Assembly (NCBI GenBank): GCA_963793425.1
Contig: CAWCAG010000005.1
Coordinates: forward strand, 2,048,001-2,112,000
Direction: 5' to 3'
DNA from: an uncultured cyanobacterium
GTDB taxonomy: Bacteria > Cyanobacteriota > Cyanobacteriia > Cyanobacteriales > CAWCAG01
Length of the DNA stretch: 64,000 bases
The notes beneath the pieces are model-generated. The model had not been told where the DNA came from, ran no database searches, and worked only from the letters and a program-made list of their open reading frames with translations. Of this stretch, positions 58,912 through 64,000 are shown piece by piece; position 1 is the first letter of the stretch, and each line of letters begins with the position of its first letter. The translations under genes and the position numbers were made by a program.

Positions 58912-59634
58912 ATGACTTTAAAGGCAGTTTTATTTAATTTTAATGGCGTTATCATTAACGATGAGTCCATTCAGGAGGAAGTAATTGGAGAAATTCTCTT
59001 GCAAGAAAACTTACGTCCGGATATTAAAGACTATCGAGAAGTCTGTTTAGGCAGGAGTAATACTAATTGCTTAAGGGAGATTCTGCAACTGCGGGGCCGC
59101 ACTGTTACAGAAGCTGAACTTGATAAACTGATTGTTAATAAGTCTGCCCTCTATCAGCAAAAGCTAGAAACTCTTGAAACAATCCCTACTTATGATGGTT
59201 TGCAGGAATTTTTACAACAGTTGCAAGAAGCTGAACTGAAAATTGCTTTAGTAACAGAAGCTTTGCAAAAGGAAGTAGAGACGGTACTTAAGCTTGGCAA
59301 CCTGGGAAGCTACTTTGCTGTCTTTGTCAGCGCTGATGAAGTTTACAACAGCAAACCAGCACCCCATGGTTATTTATTAGCGATGGATAAACTCAACCAG
59401 AAATTTCCTGACTTGCAACTACAAAAAGAAAACTGCTTGGTTATTGAAGATACCCTAGTTGGTATTGAAGCAGGTAAAAATGCTGGTATGCAAGTAGTTG
59501 GTGTTGCGAATACTTACCCATTTCATATGCTCCAACGCCAAGCTAATTGGACAGTAGATTACTTTAAAGAGCTAGAATTGGAGAGGATTCAAGAAGTATT
59601 TGCTAATCTCGGCCAAGCTACGCTCACAAGCTAG
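58912..59634 (+). CDS. HAD-family phosphatase-like protein
   Basis: Motif I variant FNFNGVI, SKPAP and VIEDTLVG. Confidence 0.85.
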   Translation: MTLKAVLFNFNGVIINDESIQEEVIGEILLQENLRPDIKDYREVCLGRSNTNCLREILQLRGRTVTEAELDKLIVNKSALYQQKLETLETIPTYDGLQEFLQQLQEAELKIALVTEALQKEVETVLKLGNLGSYFAVFVSADEVYNSKPAPHGYLLAMDKLNQKFPDLQLQKENCLVIEDTLVGIEAGKNAGMQVVGVANTYPFHMLQRQANWTVDYFKELELERIQEVFANLGQATLTS

Positions 59635-59679
59635 CAGATCCGCAAGAAAGCAATTGACGACAAAACTTTAACTCAAAAG

Positions 59680-60156
59680 CTACTCTAACTTAGTGATCTC
59701 AACTGTAGAATCATCCTCTCTTTTGAAATTAAACACCTCAACTTCTGCATAGGTTTCTATCCATAACCTCGCTCCACCATACTTGGCTTTATCGTAGCTA
59801 TAGGTTAAACGACAGGGGCCATAGATATCTACTTCATGTCCATAATGATTAGCTTGGTTGTGCTTAACACTAATCACTGCCTCTAACTCTTCGAGCTTGG
59901 TCTTCTTCTTATTACGAGAGATTGCTCCTCCGTTAACATGAATAATCTTCACCGGACCAACACGAGGTTGACACCAACGAGGAGCGGGTCCTCTTGTACC
60001 ACGAGAAATCTTTGGTTTCCCTTTAAACAAAGGAATAGCCCAAACCTTACCAATCTTATAAGCCCCTTTAAAGCGGCGTTGTTGTAACAAATAGACAACT
60101 CGGCGAGGAGTTATCTTCAACATTGCGGCAGCTTTCCTGGTATCGATATATTGCAT
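59680..60156 (-). CDS. Uncharacterised excisionase-like HTH protein, paralogue 2
   Basis: Clearly homologous to 26711..27181 along its length. Confidence 0.8.
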   Translation of the reverse strand: MQYIDTRKAAAMLKITPRRVVYLLQQRRFKGAYKIGKVWAIPLFKGKPKISRGTRGPAPRWCQPRVGPVKIIHVNGGAISRNKKKTKLEELEAVISVKHNQANHYGHEVDIYGPCRLTYSYDKAKYGGARLWIETYAEVEVFNFKREDDSTVEITKLE

Positions 60157-60286
60157 GAGAGGAAGAGTTGAAAAAACTATTCTGAGTTATGAATATATAA
60201 AGATGATAGCAAGCTTTGATTTGGTTTAATACCAAATCCAGCCCCTATACCCTTGCCTCTTACTGTTAAAATAAAAGAGATTATGG

Positions 60287-60359
60287 GGGGAATTAGCTCA
60301 GTTGGTAGAGTGCTGCGATCGCACCGCAGAGGTCAGGGGTTCGATTCCCCTATTCTCCA
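60287..60359 (+). tRNA. tRNA-Ala(CGC)
   Basis: GGGGAATTAGCTCAGTTGGTAGAGTG-CTGCG-AT-CGC-AC-CGCAG-AGGTCAGGGGTTCGATTCCCCTATTCTCCA. Confidence 0.97.
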
Positions 60360-60377
60360 TCTCGTTTATTGGTGGCT

Positions 60378-60773
60378 TCAAACAGGAAACCATTCTCGTA
60401 CCAGGGGTTCTCCGTCTGAGCTAGAAGCATCATCAATCCAGCTTAAACCCAGTTCCTTTTTCCCAGGAAGATGATATATGTCTGGTAAAGTAGCTTGAAA
60501 ATTTTTCTCATAGCGGCTTACCATAGTTTGCCAATACATAATAACTGCGGCTAATTCCCTCGCTTCTGGCTCTCTGCCAATTTTGTCTCCCATAAACGAC
60601 AAAGCTAACTTCTCAAACTTATTCTGATTGAAAGCTTCGTTTTCAATTTCTACTTGCTTAGGAATCTGAGGGGAAGAGGATTTTGCTGAGTCGTTGGGAA
60701 ACTGAGATAAATAGGAATCTTTTTGCTGGCTTGCTCTATTTGAAGATGATGGTCTATGAATTCTTTTTGGCAT
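60378..60773 (-). CDS. Hypothetical, possibly chimeric remnant with a disordered S/P/Q-rich leader
   Basis: 131-aa ORF with a GGTAAGG RBS-like sequence upstream; the leader resembles N-termini of cyanobacterial DUF4157-type proteins (from memory). Confidence 0.45.
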   Translation of the reverse strand: MPKRIHRPSSSNRASQQKDSYLSQFPNDSAKSSSPQIPKQVEIENEAFNQNKFEKLALSFMGDKIGREPEARELAAVIMYWQTMVSRYEKNFQATLPDIYHLPGKKELGLSWIDDASSSDGEPLVREWFPV

Positions 60774-61212
60774 CTTGCTACCTTACCACTTGTCTTAGTT
60801 ATGAGCATATACTCTCATTTTTCTTCTTGCTCCTCTCTATAAGTAGTAAGTCTACTACAGTTCTCTATTAGTGGTGAAGGAGAGACTTTCTCTGTGATTT
60901 AGAAGTTTTAAGAGCAGACAAAAAGATAATTGACTTGTCTTATTAAGCTCTTTCTCTAGTATTGGCCCGCTTATAAAGTGCGATCGCAGTTGATCCTGTT
61001 TTAATCCCATCAAAGAACTTCAAACAATAGCTGACTTTTTATCAGAACGTTTGTTCTAATTTTTTTCTGAAATTAAGCTTTTTCTTGATTTAGTCACCTT
61101 CTTTGCGGACATTTTCTAGCCAAATTTTAACTTCAGAAGGACTTTTGTCTAGCAAACTATTTGCAGAGCAATTCACGATTTATATTGCTTCACCTTCCGC
61201 TTTTCAAGAAAC

Positions 61213-61539
61213 TTATATTACTTCTAACTCAAAAGAAACGCTTTCAATGTCCCAGCTTATCCATGCCCAAGGTTGCTTTAGTACTCCTTCAATGACAAAT
61301 GCTTCTACATCTTCATTAGGTTCTATGAATGGCCCATCTATTACTTTGCGACCAGGTTTTCCCTTCTGTTTCCCTCCACTATCTATGTAATATTCATAAA
61401 TAAAACGCTCTGATTTTCTGACTCCTTGGAAAATTAACTTTCCTTTTGGCATAATCAAGGGCTTATCTTGATTGTTTAAAGGATGCTCTTCATATGTAAA
61501 GCTTACTTTTCTACAAGTAGATAGTTCATATATCTCCAT
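61213..61539 (-). CDS. Hypothetical protein, possible orphan immunity protein
   Basis: Small, acidic, aromatic beta-rich ORF in the island. Confidence 0.5.
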   Translation of the reverse strand: MEIYELSTCRKVSFTYEEHPLNNQDKPLIMPKGKLIFQGVRKSERFIYEYYIDSGGKQKGKPGRKVIDGPFIEPNEDVEAFVIEGVLKQPWAWISWDIESVSFELEVI

Positions 61540-61701
61540 AATTTAGGTTGCTTATTTATACACATCTGACTTAGAGCGATACCAGGGAGTGGGCTTCTCC
61601 TTCCACCAGACGCTACGCGTTTGCGCCAGCATTGTCGTAAGACTACGCCTACGCACTTCATGTAGTTCTCGTAAAATGCGATCGCACTAAAGCTAAGGGA
61701 G

Positions 61702-62337
61702 TTAAGTTAATCCAAGATTTTTGCTCAGGTTAGGCTCACTCACACGATAAACTGATTCTACTGGTGTGAGTAAATGTGACCGATTCCGAACTAAGCGATT
61801 TGGATATTGCTGATGCACAAACTCGGAGATATTTTGGATATCAACAATCCAATCTCGTGCATAATGAGATAAAAAACGACCCTGTAATCCCAACTGAATA
61901 GCACGTCGTTCTACCTTCATTTGACAGGGATCGTAATCAGGGTCCCATTGCAACCGAACCTGAGATCGCTTGACGGCTTGTTGCCATTCATCTTTACTAG
62001 AATAAAGTTTTGGTACATATTGGGAAGGGACAGCAGCAGCTAAAATCTTCTCAAAAGCTTTTCGTTTAAGCCAGATAGCTAGCACTACTTCTTGTCCTGG
62101 TTTTGTTCCCCATCCTGAGCGATACATCATCCAGAGGAAATTAGTTTTAATCCAACTCATGCGGTTAAAACTGAAGTCTCCGCCGAAATAACCATGTTCA
62201 GCAGCAAAGCCTCCGATAGCTGCATTGAAAGCTTGGTAGACTACAACAGTATTTTCGTCAAACTGAGCCATAATATGACGACCTGATGTAGGCCAACAAC
62301 TAATTTGCTTCAGATATAGTTCTGTCAATAGTTTCAT
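61702..62337 (-). CDS. DUF4291-family protein
   Basis: VVYQAF, RMSWIKTNFLWMMYRSGWG.K, RLQWDPD and RRAIQLGL motifs. Confidence 0.9.
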   Translation of the reverse strand: MKLLTELYLKQISCWPTSGRHIMAQFDENTVVVYQAFNAAIGGFAAEHGYFGGDFSFNRMSWIKTNFLWMMYRSGWGTKPGQEVVLAIWLKRKAFEKILAAAVPSQYVPKLYSSKDEWQQAVKRSQVRLQWDPDYDPCQMKVERRAIQLGLQGRFLSHYARDWIVDIQNISEFVHQQYPNRLVRNRSHLLTPVESVYRVSEPNLSKNLGLT

Positions 62338-62373
62338 CTCAAAGAAATACGACCTATTTTAAAATTATGCGGG

Positions 62374-63447
62374 CTATTCAACAAGACTAAATCCCACCAG
62401 AGCTTTAGATGTAGCTACTACTCCATTTCCATTAGAGCTGAAAACTGGAACTCCTACTCCTGTAGGAGGATCTGGTGTCCACTTGGCATAAGGTACAGTA
62501 GGATTTTTATACAAGAGGAGTTCGCCACTTTCACTATCATCATCGTCATTGTAAGTATAAGTCCCTACCCAGAGAGTTCCATCTGAATCTAAGGTAGCTT
62601 CAATCGCTCTTTGACCTTCAACTTTTGTGACAATCTCTGGACTTTCATTCTCTGTGAGACAAGCTATAAAGGTCTGATCTGAATCTAAAGGTGGCTCCCA
62701 AGGTGAAACGGTCGAACCAACAAGCCATATTCCACCTCTTGAAGCAGAAAGCAATTTTGCCCGCAACAGAGGTGGTAGCGGGTATTGTGCAACAACTGTA
62801 CCATCAATTGCTACTCTCGTGACAAAACAAGAATGCTCTGGTGTAACAGTGACAACGAGAAGTTCATTAGAGCAAAGTAAAGCTCCTGAAATGCAGCGAA
62901 AGCCATCTTTTTCAGCGTTTTTCCAGAGTACAATCTTGCCGGATCGGGCATTGAGACATACTAGACCCTGATCAGTAGCAGCCCAAAGATTTCCTTTTCC
63001 TGCCATTGTCAAAGGATGCCGCAACCCTTGGTCTCTAGCTACATACTGTGTGTAAGCAATATCACCATTAGGGTCAATTCGAGTAACAGCACATTCTGCT
63101 GCCCCCATGCCAAACCACAAATCGCCTGAACTGCTAACGAGTATTTCGGTACTAACGGATGTAGGTAAATTAGTTGTACGGATAATCTTACCTGCTTGAT
63201 CTATCAAATGGACTTTGTTATCGCTACTGGCACAAACAAGCCAATTATCTTTTAGGTGTACGGGTGAACCCCAAAAGCCATAGTCATGAGGACAACACCA
63301 GAGCAAATTTCCCTCAAAATCAAGCTTGACTAGATCAGTTCCGTTTAGCACGACAATTCCGTCGCAAAGCTTTAGAGGTAGAGATATGTGTTCGTGAATG
63401 AGATTATAGACTGGTGTTAATGGTAACGACCATCGTATAACAATCAC
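62374..63447 (-). CDS. Beta-propeller protein (PQQ-like), possible immunity protein
   Basis: Repeated D..G.LW blades; no signal peptide; directly downstream of the putative toxin ORF. Confidence 0.65.
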   Translation of the reverse strand: MIVIRWSLPLTPVYNLIHEHISLPLKLCDGIVVLNGTDLVKLDFEGNLLWCCPHDYGFWGSPVHLKDNWLVCASSDNKVHLIDQAGKIIRTTNLPTSVSTEILVSSSGDLWFGMGAAECAVTRIDPNGDIAYTQYVARDQGLRHPLTMAGKGNLWAATDQGLVCLNARSGKIVLWKNAEKDGFRCISGALLCSNELLVVTVTPEHSCFVTRVAIDGTVVAQYPLPPLLRAKLLSASRGGIWLVGSTVSPWEPPLDSDQTFIACLTENESPEIVTKVEGQRAIEATLDSDGTLWVGTYTYNDDDDSESGELLLYKNPTVPYAKWTPDPPTGVGVPVFSSNGNGVVATSKALVGFSLVE

Positions 63448-64000
63448 TGAACTGATAGACTCTATCTATTGAAAACACTCTAGTTTGCTCAGTACCAGAT
63501 ATAAAAACATCTCTAATAGTACCTCTACCCTCTGCAAAAATTGCTTCATATTCAGACTCAGACATACGGCGCACTAGCTCTCTACCACTAGCGATCCTCT
63601 CTTGAGCTTCCAAGTATTTTAGACGAACTCTCTCTGGCCAATTCTGCCACTGCTCACGAACAGCTTGGTTATTGACGTAGTTAGGAGGTGTATCTATATC
63701 CAGTTCTGTACGGGGTCTTTGATTGCTAGGATCTCTTCCTTGTCTTCCCCCCTCAATTCGCCTGGGCCCTTGGTTAATATCATCTACCTCCCCCGGTCGT
63801 ATACGACCTCCACCAGGGATAGCTAATTCACCATCTGGTCTTAATCGCTGTCCCAAAGCCTCCAACACTTGGTCTATCTGCCGCCTAATTTCGTTAAACG
63901 CTTCCTCCAGCATGGAACTGTTGTTCCTAACCTGCTCCAGTGCTTCCTGCAACTGCCGTTTCTGTGCCGCTATGGGGCCGATGCCTGGAATACTTTCTAC
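63404..64000 (-). CDS. C-terminal part of a large protein, probable polymorphic toxin (runs off the window)
   Basis: Frame open to position 64000; helical region, Gly/Pro/Arg linker (RPDGELAIPGGG), then a domain containing VRRMSESEY. Confidence 0.55.
   Translation of the reverse strand, partial: VESIPGIGPIAAQKRQLQEALEQVRNNSSMLEEAFNEIRRQIDQVLEALGQRLRPDGELAIPGGGRIRPGEVDDINQGPRRIEGGRQGRDPSNQRPRTELDIDTPPNYVNNQAVREQWQNWPERVRLKYLEAQERIASGRELVRRMSESEYEAIFAEGRGTIRDVFISGTEQTRVFSIDRVYQFSDCYTMVVTINTSL

Noticed and set aside
58788..58970. 60-aa ORF containing GRWGDGEM repeats
   Set aside because: It is a translation of the octamer tandem repeat and overlaps real genes on the opposite strand.
26711..60156. 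The two inverted HTH paralogues as ends of an invertible or mobile 33-kb segment
   Set aside because: The copies are substantially diverged, the enclosed DNA is mostly core genes, and no recombinase is present.
60315..60322. HIP1 site within the tRNA anticodon arm as a special signal
   Set aside because: It follows from the CGC anticodon and stem sequence; nothing indicates a separate function.
60253..60474. 73-aa plus-strand ORF
   Set aside because: It overlaps tRNA-Ala(CGC) and is spurious.

Overview
AT-rich cyanobacterial chromosome segment, identified by frequent HIP1 octamers (GCGATCGC), photosynthesis genes and a split-intein dnaE. Core content: rubA-ycf48-psbEFLJ divergent from ndhCKJ, sphR-sphS-phoU, chlB, purD, hisH-rsmD, petG/cytM, ycf3-gatC, dnaE-C, hisF, ruvB, speD and two tRNA-Ala genes. 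Accessory content: an arsM-arsS-2xTVP38/DedA arsenosugar-type cluster near a Mn-catalase and a MerA/LpdA-like flavoprotein; a ParDE toxin-antitoxin module; a tandem family of five signal-peptide TPR genes or remnants with variable helix-A residues; two dispersed paralogues of an uncharacterised HTH protein that share upstream DNA; a VOC-GST fusion behind an orphaned TetR-type operator; and a probable polymorphic-toxin island after tRNA-Ala(CGC). Intergenic DNA carries several tiny repeat families. The most notable is a ~33-bp element (8 copies) that sits in or beside heptamer repeats, has a covarying mini-hairpin, and in one case supplies the C-terminus of speD. Several frameshifts (ndhJ, SDR, one TPR gene) look like assembly errors. 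No CRISPR array, rRNA, transposase, integrase or reverse transcriptase was seen. All family assignments come from motif recognition by eye, not database searches.
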